Source: Octopus vulgaris
Lineage: Eukaryota
NCBI GenBank assembly: GCA_951406725.2
Contig: OX597822.1
Span: forward strand, 60,016,001 to 60,080,000
Reading direction: 5' to 3'
DNA: 64,000 nt
This document shows positions 44,421 to 57,938 of this stretch, one piece after another. The stretch's first letter is position 1. Every line of letters starts with the position of its first letter. Below the pieces are notes generated by a model. That model did not search any database. It saw nothing but the letters and a program-made list of their open reading frames with translations, and was not told the DNA's origin. The position numbers and the translations under genes are program-made.

Positions 44421-44692
44421 CCTTCTCTTGCACTCTACAGTCTTTGAAAGAACTTTTTCTTCACCCATTCCCTTCCGGTCATTCAATATATGACCGCGTG
44501 TGTATCGTTGGCGATTTTCTTCCTCCGTCTTCCCTTCCTTGGACCTTTCCTTTTTCTATGTTTCTGACGATGTTCTCCGCTTGAAACGTTAAATCCTCCT
44601 CTCTTCTTTCATTTCCTGAGCGTCCAATAACACTATACTTGTTCCACGTTCTCACGTTGTTGTGTTTTCTCTTTGTTAATGTTTTGATTAAC

Positions 44693-44757
<65 letters not shown>

Positions 44758-45177
44758 AAGCATTTATCAATGTGCAAGTGAGCTTATTTCGTAGCGATCG
44801 GTTCTACATGAAACTTTTATATGCAACGCAATATTTAATAGCGATATAGATCGTGAAATTCAAATGAGGGGGCAATTGGTTCCCTTAGGAGGGACTAAAA
44901 TCATGTAAGATGATGCTAATTATGAAAGAAAGTGCTCAATATATCATCAGTGATGGCAGTAACAATGATGAGGCAAACGAATACTTAGACTTGATGCTAG
45001 AAAGAAGGAAATAAGAAGAGTAGTAACATAATATTGAAAAAGTGGAGTTTCACAATGCCCTCGGTAGATGTCAGCAAACATAACCAATTTATCTGAAACT
45101 GGGGACAAAAGAAGTCATATCTTCACATAACACACTAACGTACCTAGGTACTCAGATTTATATATTACTCCTTATCA

Positions 45178-45231
<54 letters not shown>

Positions 45232-46052
45232 ACCTCTCTCTCTCTCTTTCTTTCTCTCTCTATCTCTCTCTCCATGTATGTATGTATATATGAATGTATA
45301 TATATATATTTCGTTAACCCTATATGCATGGCGAAAACCATCAACGTGTTCATATTTTGAAATATCTTAACTGAGGAAGATCTTGCGTAAGAGACGAATT
45401 TTTGGTTTATTTATTGCGCTACGACCTGAAACGTAGGTATTAAATGCCTTGAAAGTATCATTACTTGCTTTAATTTCATTTTTTTATATTATAAAACTCC
45501 ATGCCAGAACAAGCTAGCCAGACCTTATTCCATTTATACGGGGACTCTAACATGAATTTAAGATGGTTTCTTCTATTCGACCCCAGTCGGAAAATCCTGG
45601 TAATATGCACTGGTTTTAAGCATAACACGAAATATCAATACTCTGTCTAGATGAGTAAACATTACACATATCCAGAGAAATTTCCACATACGGTGGAATG
45701 ATTATAATCTAGCGTAATTTGTACGAATGTAAAGACAAGGGTAATATTTTTCTTATTGGAGTGGCTTAGTATTAGAAAGAGACTTGATTCACAAAACATC
45801 ACTAGAGATAACAGTAAGTCTCTGTACATGGAGACAGTGTAGTTTGGAGTTAATGCAGACAGTATACATGGAGAGAGTGCAGACAGTCTGGCCTGATAAT
45901 ATATCTACGTTATGTGTATATAACATCTTTATACTGGAGGTTAGAGAGAATGGGAAGGTTACATCATCTGTGTACTTGTGTGTGTGTGTCTGTAAATTTT
46001 CACTCTCGTATCCCAATATAATTTCTGTTTCATTTTTTCAAATTAATTTTAG

Positions 46053-46135
46053 GTGATAATGTCATTGATCTAAATAAGGTATTTATTGGTACAGCACGTA
46101 ATCCGATCACGTACCTGATTAGACAGCCGTTTCAG
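46053..46135 (+). CDS. Copy B exon 3
   Basis: GDNVIDLNKVFIGTARNPITYLIRQPFQ; splice sites intact. Confidence 0.75.
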
Positions 46136-46818
46136 GTAAGTGTTTGGTTTTGGAATGAGATGTTTCTTAAAATATAATTTCTTAAGATTGTTAGTTTCAT
46201 TGCGAGGAATTACAACCGTGTTTCGTGGTCTGCTACCACAACAGCTACTTTATAGGATCCAGTTAGCTCAAGACATCATCAGGAGGAACCACGTCCGGTT
46301 TCGGCCCCTACTCCTCTACCGACGGTGTCTTCAGCTCTGGTGTTGGGTGCATGTCTTCTTTATTCTGTTCCCTGGCCTTTTCGATGTATACTTTCAAGAC
46401 AAGAGGATGTTTTCCACTCTGTCTTCTTGTGAAGATAACTGGATAGCAATCCCAATTTAAATCATGCTACGAAATATGCCAGAATAATATTTTCCCGAGT
46501 TCCAAAAAATGGCATGATGCATTTACATTTATTAAATTTCCAAGGGAGGCGTTATGAATTATTGGATGACTACGTTAAATTTATCCTAGATTTTCCAGTA
46601 TATGCTTGTGAATAAAGTATTCATTACGTATTGAATAACGTTGCCAGCTAATATATACTAATCAGTCTAACCATTTTAACTAGGTTTTTTTCGTTTGTTA
46701 CTGATTTAAATACTTATTGCTATCAAGCGTTCTTTATGTGCTATATTGTGAGGAAGGATTAAACTCTGAAGGACGGATGACCAGTCTTGAAATATTATTA
46801 TTATTATTATTATTATTA

Positions 46819-46907
<89 letters not shown>

Positions 46908-47074
46908 ATTATTATTTACTTATTTATATATTTTGTATAGGAAGATTATACTGTGTTTTATCTACAGGTGTTTACTTTCCACAACATAGGCATTATAAAC
47001 TGCAAACTTACTATATTAAGTTTATCACATATATATGTGTGTATGTGTGTGTGTGTGTGTGTATGTGTGTGTTT

Positions 47075-47192
<118 letters not shown>

Positions 47193-48380
47193 AAAAATAA
47201 ACACACACACATATTTATGAAACTACAATCTACTCACTGATTATGTGTTGCATAACTGGATCTTGAGATTTATCGACCTCTGATCCAAAAGATATTATAG
47301 ATAGATAGCATGTCTGTAGAACGATGTTATGAGGTTCTCGCGCTAACAATACTACAGAACTTGAGCTTATGACAAAGGTAGGAAAGACAAAAGACCATTG
47401 ATGAGTTAAGACAGCAACAGGCTGTATATCTGTTTCTACGAAAACTACAGTAGTGATCATATAGAAAAGGAAGAAATCAGAACTGAAAGGTTGCTGTTTA
47501 CAAATTTTTCTATTTTCCTTGCGTTGTTGAAAGAGAAGAAATGTGGGCGGCAGTTAGATTAGATGTTTTAATACTTCTTGGGAAAGGATAATATTGTGGT
47601 ATTTCTTAGATTGTGACAGGCAGATCGCGACAGAATGGAAAGTCTGATAATAATAGCATTTACCTTTTCAGCTCACTATTTATCATATTGCTTCCTCCAT
47701 GAGGTGTTACATTGGCCAACTGAAAAACACTTCAGATGTTACCGACTTGTTACATTGGCCAACCGAAAAACACTTCAGATGTTACCGACTTAAATGAAAC
47801 TGCTGGCCTTTGTGTCTAAATTAGAAGCGATTATTATAGACTGTTGGTTCATTGTTTTGCAGCAAAATCAGAGTCGGAGACGATTTACTTGCTCGTGGGT
47901 AAATCAATTCATTTCCCTTATATCACTAATGCTTACGAAACAAGCATGAATATAAGTGCGTTCGCATTTTCCAAAACTAAGACCTTCTGATAACTTAAGA
48001 ACTTATATTACTGAGTTTACTGTTGTTATTTACATGTGTTATATAGGCGAAACAACGATCGTTCTCCTCCACAAATATATAAATCAACGCTATAATAACA
48101 TAATAAAACATATATAAAGGTATTGACGATTATATATTATATTTTCAATAATCTAGATGTTTATTAATTAATGTATTGAATAACCTATAAATCTGCTATG
48201 CTATGCAAACCCACACGGGTGTGCATGTGTGTGTGGGTACGTATATGAGAGAGAGAGAGCCACAGAGACAAAGAGAGGGAAAGAAAGAGAGAGTGTGTTT
48301 GCATTCTCGTTTATAATTTCATTGTTCTATCTGGTTGTACATATTTCCAATAATATATACCTTCAAACCTCTGTTTTCAG

Positions 48381-48548
48381 AAATTCGTTGTTTCGTTTAC
48401 TGCAAAAAGCAACAACGAATTGATAGCCGATTACGTTTACCAAAGTGGTAGTAATTTGCCTCAGAGAAGCGTCGATGAAGCCACGTATGAACTGATAACA
48501 ACCCGTAGTAGTCAGAACCCTACTAGTCAACTGACATACCAAATTCGA
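48381..48548 (+). CDS. Copy B exon 4
   Basis: KFVVSFTAKSNNELIADYVYQSGSNLPQRSVDEATYELITTRSSQNPTSQLTYQIR; intact. Confidence 0.78.
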
Positions 48549-49671
48549 GTAAGTACTTTAACTATCTCAGTTGCCTTGGAATATCTAGGTATTATGCTAC
48601 GCCACCTATCTTAATTGATTTGAGCATCCCTCATTCTGATATGTGCTACTGCAGCAACACAGAGCTCTAAGCGAACAGCAAAAGCATCGATCGTCAAAGA
48701 TCCTTGACAGCTCTTGCTTTTCTTCTCTGTGTACATATGTATTCTAGGCCATGGACGTAGAGTATCATACAGTAGTTGATGTGCAGATGGTAGTGAAAAT
48801 ATCTGGCATTATTTTTATGTCCAATCTACCCTTAAAAATGTATTTTCAACATCTTTAGAAACTCAGAAATGATGCTATAAACCCGTGGCGAAGCCTAAAA
48901 TCGAAACCTTACTGCTTTAGTAACTAGTAGCAAACCACACTTAGATCAGTGACGTGCCTTGCATACCAACTAATCAGCTTGCAGAAATACCACTCCATAT
49001 TATAGAATGTTCTGTTATGTTCCGCGGGTTCACTCTTAAGCATTAGTTTATATAAGCAACAAGGCCGGCAAGCATTAGCGCAGAGGTTCGAGAAGGTCCA
49101 AGAAGCTGAATGAACACTTGATTCTTTCTCCTGCTCGGCCTGTGTTTAAAAGAATTTCTTTGTCAGCAATGCATTTTTCCAAGCACATGGCATAAACACA
49201 ATATCTTCATCTCTCGCCACACAAATAAGTAACCAGCCAACACTTAGTCAAAACAAATCAAAGCCATACATAGGATGCACAGACTGAATCCTGTGTTAAA
49301 GAAATCGTCGACTATAACGAACAGAGTATTTATTTCGCCTCTCACGTGAAGCTAGTAATTTCTGTTATTAACGTAACTATTAACTGCATTTGCTTATAAG
49401 TACACCACGATACTCTACTGGCACGTCATTATGTTATACTATAAATATTGGGGTATATTGCTGTATAAATAAATGTTAAACAACGTTAGTTGATTTTATT
49501 ATGGAAAAGCACGCAGTCTTAATACCATACCTATATATAAAAACTCGTACACCAAAACCACCAACGTTTATATTTTTAAAGCGGTTCGTTTATGATCAAA
49601 ATATCAGAATTCTTCTTTAACCTTTCTATTTTCCAAAGTCTTAGAATGTCTTTGTTGTTGTTTTATTTCAG

Positions 49672-49810
49672 AGTTATTGCAGCCAAGGCTATTATGGTCC
49701 GAACTGCATAACAAGGTGTGATATTCCCATCAGCGAGCAAACGAGGTTTCAGTGTGATGCTAACGGTCAAAAAGTCTGCAAGCCTGGTTTCTCTGGTCCA
49801 TTCTGCAATG
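49672..49810 (+). CDS. Copy B exon 5, DSL domain
   Basis: SYCSQGYYGPNCITRCDIPISEQTRFQCDANGQKVCKPGFSGPFCN; in frame, 6 nt shorter than copy A. Confidence 0.85.
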
Positions 49811-51240
49811 GTACGTGTTTATTATTTCTGTCTCTTTACATCATGAATTCAAATCCTGCCTGGATCAGTTCTCCCTTTAGCTTCCTGGGTTCAATAAAAT
49901 GGGACCATTTTCTACCTAAAAAAATTTCGGCCTTGGATTTTCTATGGGGTTCAAATCCCGCCTGGATCAGTTTTACCTTTCAGCTTCCAGGGACTCATAA
50001 AATGTGGACCAATTTCTTCTTAAAACAATGTTGGCCTTATGACGAATTTTAGTAAAAAAAAAATATATATATAGTCTTCAGTTATTTTGCTATTACGATT
50101 CTATTATTTTGTAATATCAAATGTTCATCTACGCAGCTCATTTGCATCATTTATAGTTTTTTTTGTTGCTGTTTGTGTTGCTAATGTTGTTATTGGGTTC
50201 TGTTCGGATACATCTGTAAAATCAACATACTAATCTGTTCATCAGTGTATTCTAGGTCCTTACTGTACAAGCATCATATAGTTTTTGATGCACATATAGC
50301 AGAACTGCAATGAAATACATTTTACTGGTTATTAATTTCACCCAATACGACTGAACAGACTGTTGAGGTAGAAACTACTAAGTATCGTGACATTTGTATG
50401 GTTTTTGTCTATATAACACAGAGAAATAGGACTATTTACACTTTTCTCCTACGGTGCGTAGATGGAAGTTTACATTTATTTCAATCAACACAAATGTTTC
50501 TATATTACCTGTTAAATTGAAGCATTATACTTCATGTTATACTGTTTCTAAAGATTTAAAGCTAAAGTTTTAATTTCTGTATAGATTGAAATGACGAGAA
50601 CCCATTCTATTCATACGATTTTCTTTAAGATTAGCTAGCACTTCGATTATCGCGAATCTGATCCCTAGCACTTCAAATTCTTGATGATCTAAAGCTGAGT
50701 CATCGAAGTTATTTTTTTTTAACCCCATAAATACCATGATTATTCATGACATTTTTCTAATAAAAAAACAGTATTAATCCATGATGGATTAACTCCTGTT
50801 ATTTTTATTTAAATAGCGTCTCTCTGAGCTGTGGTCAAGACAGAAGCACATGATTGCAAGCAAACAAACATTCGTTATTATACAGGGCTCCTGCTCCGTA
50901 TAGCAGAAAGCTACGCTGCTATATAATACTTATTTACGGCGAAGCATTCTAATGAACGAGAGTTGAATATCTTTGTCATTATTCTCAATATATAATAAAT
51001 GATGCTTTGACACCTTCACCTGTTGACTGACACGGTGTCCATTCCACTGGCAACTGCTCAATTCAATACAAAGTAGATAAATCTCTGTTAAAATATCAAC
51101 AAATTCTCTTTTTGTGAGATTGTAAATACATTCCTGAAATAAATGTAGTTGATTCACTTTCATTTTATGGAATTGCATTATTTATATAAATAGAAAGAAA
51201 ATATGTGCGTAAAAGATATGTATCGCCAACAGTTTTTCAG

Positions 51241-51351
51241 CTGATCTATGTCGCAGCTCTCCTTGTAAAAATGATGCGACCTGTGTCCCAATGGGCTCTA
51301 CGTTTAGATGCATCTGTAAACAGGGATACACAGGACAATATTGTAATAAAG
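51241..51351 (+). CDS. Copy B exon 6, EGF repeat with a mutated splice donor
   Basis: ADLCRSSPCKNDATCVPMGSTFRCICKQGYTGQYCNK is followed by GAATTT instead of GTATTA. Confidence 0.7.
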
Positions 51352-51723
51352 GAATTTACTTTTTTTCTTATAACTTGTAAACTTTATTTGTAGGAATTTG
51401 TGACACTTTTTAATCCTAATAATCGGAAAATTATCAACATGTATTTTATTTTAGCTATAACAATGCTGTTAATCGAATCTATTTCATAGAATAAGCTCTT
51501 TTCAACGTGGACATCTTTAACATATGTACTCTCTGATTTGCACCTCTAAATACATTAGATATTTATACAGCATTCCGTCTGGTTCTACATGTATTCCACC
51601 TGCTTGTGTGTTATGTACCTCCTCAAAAATATTCCAAGTAGTGGTTATTTGGTCATTTGTTTAACTGGACAATAATAATTCGTTGTGAGTGAAAAATAAA
51701 GCTCTTGGTAGTTGAGGTGTTAA

Positions 51724-51925
51724 CCCATTAGTGCCCAAACTTCTTTATTTGATTTATACCAAACATCTCTTTTATACAACATTATCTATACAAAATATAT
51801 TTTTTTTAAATTATTACAATATTTAAAAAAACACTCCAGTCTTCATGGCTAAAATACAGGTGTTGCAGAAATATAATAGATTATCTTTCTGGTCCTAAAA
51901 GAAGTACTATGGGTGCTAATGGTGG
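51724..51925. mobile_element. piggyBac-like MITE specific to copy B; duplicate at 55265-55464
   Basis: TTAA-CCCATTAGTGCCCA ... TGGGTGCTAATGGTGG-TTAA; absent at the matching copy A site (~16930). Confidence 0.65.
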
Positions 51926-52247
51926 TTAAAAGTTAATATCTAGTACTAGTTTCATTAATACCATGTATATATGAGTGGATAATTAACACGTTAAAATAAA
52001 TGGAAGTAAACATTTAAAAGTAGATAGGCATCTAACTGTCGAACAATTTTTTGTTAGCTACATGTTTTTAAGCAGGTGGAATTTAACTGCAAATATAGTT
52101 GAGAAGGTGTTAATAATAGTCCCTAAAAAATCTAGCAATGAAAACATGCATTATATTGCAATACCTCTGGTGTTATTTTAAACTGGAATGAGTTTTCAGA
52201 ACAAAGTTTAACAAAGCGAAAAATGGGTTAATATTGATTTATCTTAG

Positions 52248-52367
52248 GGATCGACGAATGCAAGCTGACGACGGCTCCTTGTTTAAATGGAGGTACGTGC
52301 GTTGAAGAAATTAATGGCTATTCCTGCAGATGTGCATATGGTTATACGGGACCCAAATGCGAGATTG
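52248..52367 (+). CDS. Copy B exon 7 (first duplicate), EGF
   Basis: [40 protein letters not shown]; AG/GT boundaries. Confidence 0.82.
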
Positions 52368-53942
52368 GTAAGAATCATGAATTTCTATTTGAATTTACAA
52401 CACTATGATAAACTAATGCCAAAATTTCAGCAAATGTAAGTATTGCAAACAATTTAGACATCAAGTTCCATGGTAAACTGAGAAAGACCAACGCACTCTA
52501 AAGATATATCTAATCAAAAATATAAAAAAGGAGAAAACAAATACTGCTTTCAATTGATTTGAATTCTATCGTCAATATAAATTATTTCAGCAGCTTTATA
52601 GCGACTTATTAATTTACTAAATGAAATTTTTTTTCAATTTCAAATTAGAAATATCTTTCTACTAAAATCATTTTCCTTCTTCATATATAAAGCCACATAA
52701 AAAATGTGTGACCTATCTCTTTATTTTGTTGGAAGACTAAGTCGGTAAGCGATAGGATATTCTCAGACTAGAAGATACAGGAGGTTGCTAATACAGTAAT
52801 CTCTCGCCATATCGCGGATCACCCATTACAGTTTATTTTTCGAGCTTACGTCGATTCCTCCGTAGTGTTGTTTTGCATTTACAACATAAATGCATTTATA
52901 AAATAAATATATAAAAATTATAAAAATAATAATAAAAATATACAGTGCTGCTCCTTCTTCGTAGATTTTCACCTATCGATGGCGGTTTTGGAATGTCAAA
53001 TACGCGATAGTCGAGGTATTACTGTATATCACGTTAACATTCGTGAGGTAAAAGGTCTTTATAATTACTGTTTGTAATATGATGATCGGGTTTAAGAGGT
53101 AGAAGCGGGATTTGGAGTGGAACACGTGAGCATGACACGTGTGCAACTCGGAGATGTGACGAAGAAGGTTCATCCAGCAAGTTAAGAATTTCACTATTAA
53201 AGCTAAAAACGAACTAGCCAGTGGTTAGATTTGAAGATTTCTAATAAGCTGGAATACATCTATAAGCATGCAAAGAAGTCAGAGATTAATGGTGTCCAAC
53301 ATAGATATGAGAGACACATTCCATACTGAGTGAAATCTGGATCTCACATAACCTAATTTCTACCAACAAATAAAGCTTATGTTCGCAATTGCATTGAATA
53401 CCACATTAATTTCGGCATTGGGATTACATGGTACAAAAAGATATTTAGAAAAGTAAAACAAAAATCATTCAAACGAAGTGAAATATATTATCATTGTCCG
53501 GCAGTCGTTTACTTAATACATCTTTATTTCTATTATCAGATGATCTTATCTTAATTAAATTTCTATTTGAGAATAAATTTTGACGTTTTGTAGATGACCT
53601 GTGGGCTAAATTAGTAATTGTAAATCAATCATACTAATCGGATAGTGATTTTTACTCCATAACGATAATACTGTATCAAACAGGTCTGCCATAGTTATAG
53701 TTACATATAAGACGTCTTAAGTGTGCTAGCATTGTAACCGAGTTGTAATTTAGAGCAGAATGAAAAACACACACAACATTATCTTATTTACAAAACTGAA
53801 TCTTTTTTGTGTTTGTATTTAAGTAAGGCATTTATGGATTTAGTGAATGTTGTTTTATTAAATAGTAAATCAAGTAGATTTATTCTGTTAATTTGTTTTT
53901 GTTTTGAATTTAATCTGTTAATTTATTTTGTTTTGAATCTAG

Positions 53943-54934
53943 TTCTTTCAGCATGTTTGTCAGCACCTTGTATGAACGGTGGTCAATGTTCGAATGCAGG
54001 TACATCATTTGTGTGCCATTGTCTTCCTAACATTTACGGTCCTCGTTGTCAAATTGAAGATAAATGTCGCTCAGTGACTTGCCTAAATGGTGGCCGATGT
54101 ACTACAACTAACTTTGTTGCGAAATGTAATTGCCCATCTGGATTTACTGGTCCACGATGTGAAAATCCCATTAATTCCTGTCAATCTTCACCGTGTCAAA
54201 ATGGTGGAACATGCTATCCAAATGGAGTTCAATTCACTTGTCGTTGCCCTGTTGGATTCAGAGGACTACGATGTGAACAACCATTTTGCTCAGCAAATAT
54301 CTGTCAAAATGGTGGAACATGTCAGCTTGTAAACAATCAAGTTTCTTGCATATGTCTCAATGGATTTCAAGGTAATAGATGCCAGGTGCCGATTCAGTGT
54401 TATCCACCATGTCAAAATGGAGGAATTTGTAACACTAACACAAGAATGTGCAACTGCCCTCATGGATTCGTTGGCCCAGATTGTTCAAGAAGAGATGATT
54501 GCGCGTTAAATCCAAATATCTGTCAAAATGGTGGAACATGTCAGCTTGTAAACAATCAAGTTTCTTGCATATGTCTCAATGGATTTCAAGGTGATAGATG
54601 CCAGGTGCCGATTCAGTGTTATCCACCATGTCAAAATGGAGGAATTTGTAACACTAACACAAGAATGTGCAACTGCCCTCATGGATTCGTTGGTCCAGAT
54701 TGTTCAAGAAGAGATGATTGCGCGTTAACTCCAAATATCTGTCAAAATCCCATTAATTCCTGTCAATCTTCACCGTGTCAAAATGGTGGAACATGCTATC
54801 CAAATGGAGTTCAATTCACTTGTCGTTGCCCTGTTGGATTCACAGGACTACGATGTGAACAACCATTTTGCGCACCAAATATCTGTCAAAATGGTGGAAC
54901 ATGTCAGCTTGTAAACAATCAACTTTATTTGTAG
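53943..54934 (+). CDS. Copy B exon 8 variant 1, expanded EGF array (8 complete + 2 partial repeats), truncated at a duplication junction
   Basis: ORF 53807..54934. Internal 219-bp tandem unit (starts 54294, 54513, 54732) and a repeat at 582-bp offset (54162/54744). Runs into intron-6 sequence at ~54921 and stops. Confidence 0.8.
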
Positions 54935-55786
54935 GAATTTGTGACACTTTTTAATCCTAATAATCGGAAAATTATCAACATGTATTTTATTTTAGCTATA
55001 ACAATGCTGTTAATTGAATCTATTTCATAGAATAAGCTCTTTTCAACGTGGACATCTTTAACATATGTACTCTCAGATTTGCACCTCTAAATACATTAGA
55101 TATTTATACAGCATTCCGTCTGGTTCTACATGTATTCCACCTGCTTGTGTGTTATGTACCTCCTCAAAAATATTCCAAGTAGTGGTTATTTGGTCATTTG
55201 TTTAACTGGACAATAATAATTCGTTGTGAGTGAAAAATAAAGCTCTTGGTAGTTGAGGTGTTAACCCATTAGTGCCCAAACTTCTTTATTTGATTTATAC
55301 CAAACATCTCTTTTATACAACATTATCTATACAAAATATATTTTTTTAAATTATTACAATATTTAAAAAACACTCCAGTCTTCATGGCTAAAATACAGGT
55401 GTTGCAGAAATATAATAGATTATCTTTCTGGTCCTAAAAGAAGTACTATGGGTGCTAATGGTGGTTAAAAGTTGATTTCTAGTACTAGTTTCATTAATAC
55501 CATGTAGATATGAGTGGATAATTAACACGTTAAAATAAATGGAAGTAAACATTTAAAAGTAGATAGGCATCTAACTGTCGAACAATTTTTTGTTAGCTAC
55601 ATGTTTTTAAGCAGGTGGAATTTAACTGCAAATATAGTTGAGAAGGTGTTAATAATAGTCCCTAAAAAATCTAGCAATGAAAACATGCATTATATTGCAA
55701 TACCTCTGGTGTTATTTTAAACTGGAATGAGTTTTCAGAACAAAGTTTAATAAAGCGAAAAATGGGTTAATATTGATTTATCTTAG

Positions 55787-55906
55787 GGATCGGCGAATGC
55801 GAGCTGACGACGGCTCCTTGTTTAAATGGAGGTACGTGCGTTGAAGAAATTAATGGCTATTTCTGCAGATGTGCATATGGTTATACGGGACCCAAATGCG
55901 AGACTG
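55787..55906 (+). CDS. Copy B exon 7 (second duplicate), EGF
   Basis: [40 protein letters not shown]; AG/GT boundaries. Confidence 0.8.
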
Positions 55907-57488
55907 GTAAGAATCATGAATTTCTATTTGAATTTACAACACTATGATAAACTAATGCCAAAATTTCAGCAAATGTAAGTATTGCAAACAATTTAGACAT
56001 CAAGTTCCATGGTAAACTGAGAAAGGCCAACACACTCTAAAGATATATCTAATCAAAAATATGAAAAAGGAGAAAACAAATACTGCTTTCAATTGATTTG
56101 AATTCTATCGTCAATATAAATAATTTCAGCAGCTTTATAGCGACTTATTAATTTACTAAATGAAATTGTTTTTCAATTTCAAATTAGAAATATCTTTCTA
56201 CTAAAATCATTTTCCTTCTTCATATATAAAGCCACATAAAAAATGTGTGACCTATCTCTTTATTTTGTTGGAAGACTAAATCGGTAAGCGATAGGATATT
56301 CTCAGACTAGAAGATACAGGAGGTTGCTAATACAGTAATCTCTCGCCATATCGCGGATCACCCATTACAGTTTATTTTTCGAGCTTACGTCGATTCCTCC
56401 GTAGTGTTGTTTTGCATTTACAACATAAATGCATTTATAAAATAAATATATAAAAATTATAAAAATAATAATAAAAATATACAGTGCTGCTCCTTCTTCG
56501 TAGATTTTCACCTATCGATGGCGGTTTTGGAATGTCAAATACGCGATAGTCGAGGTATTACTGTACATCACATTAACATTCGTGAGGTAAAAGGTCTTTA
56601 TAATTACTGTTTGTAATATGATGATCGGGTTTAAGAGGTAGAAGCGGGATTTGGAGTGGAACACGTAAGCATGACACGTGTGCAACTCGGAGATGTGAGG
56701 AAAAAGGTTCATCTAGCAAGTTAAGAATTTCACTATTAAAGCTAAAAACGAACTAGCCAGTGGTTAGATTTGAAGATTTCTAATAATCTGGAATACATCT
56801 ATAAGCATACAAAGAAGTCAGAGATTAATGGTGTCCAACATAGATATGAGAGACACATTCCATACTGAGTGAAATCTGGATCTCACATAACCTAATTTCT
56901 ACCAGTAAATAAAGCCTATATTCGCAATTGTATTGAATACCACATCGTATATTAATTTCGGCATTGGGATTACATAGTACAAAAAGATATTTAGAAAAGT
57001 AAAACACAAAAATCATTCAAACGAAGTGAAATATATTATCATTGTCTGGCAGTCGTTTTCTTAATACATCTTTATTTCTATTATCAGATGTTTTTTTCTT
57101 AAATACATTTCTATTTGAGGATCATTTTTGACGTTTTGTAGATGACCTGTAGGCTGAATTAGTAATTGTAAATCAATCGTGCTGATCGGTAGTGATTTTT
57201 ACTCCATAACGATAATACTGTATTAAACAGGTCTGCCATAGTTATAGTTACTTATAAGACGTCTTAAGTGTGCTAGCATTGTAACCGAGTTGTAATTTAG
57301 AGCAGAATGAAAAACACACACAACATTATCTTATTTACAAAACTGAATAATTTTGTGTTTGTATTTAAGTAAGGCATTTATGGATTTAGTGAATGTTGTT
57401 TTATTAAATAGTAAATCAAGTAGATTTATTCTGTTAATTTGTTTTTGTTTTGAATTTAATCTGTTAATTTATTTCTTTTTGAATCTAG

Positions 57489-57938
57489 TTATTTCAGCAT
57501 GTTTGTCAGCACCTTGTATGAACGGTGGTCGATGTTCGAATGCAGGTACCTCATTTGAGTGCCATTGTCTTCCTAACTTTTACGGTCCTCGTTGTCAATT
57601 TGAAGATAAATGTCAATCAGTGACTTGCCTCAACGGTGGCACATGTGTTATAACTAACTTTGTTGCGAAATGTATTTGTCCACAAGGCTGGACTGGACAG
57701 AGATGTGAGATTCCAATCAATCAATGCACTCCAAATCCTTGTCAAAACAACGGCTACTGTCACAATCTTGGATTAGGTGGCTTCGTTTGCGATTGTGTTA
57801 ATGGATGGTCTGGCAAGTTTTGTAATAACAGAACTTATTGTCCGTCTCGCCCTTGTCTTAACGGAGGAACCTGCATCCAAAATGCCAACCTGATACGTTG
57901 CCGATGCCCATTTGGCTTTAAAGGAAAATATTGTGAAG
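57489..57938 (+). CDS. Copy B exon 8 variant 2, four EGF repeats
   Basis: Lies within ORF 57353..57976; 450 nt versus 675 nt in copy A; same acceptor and donor context. Confidence 0.88.
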
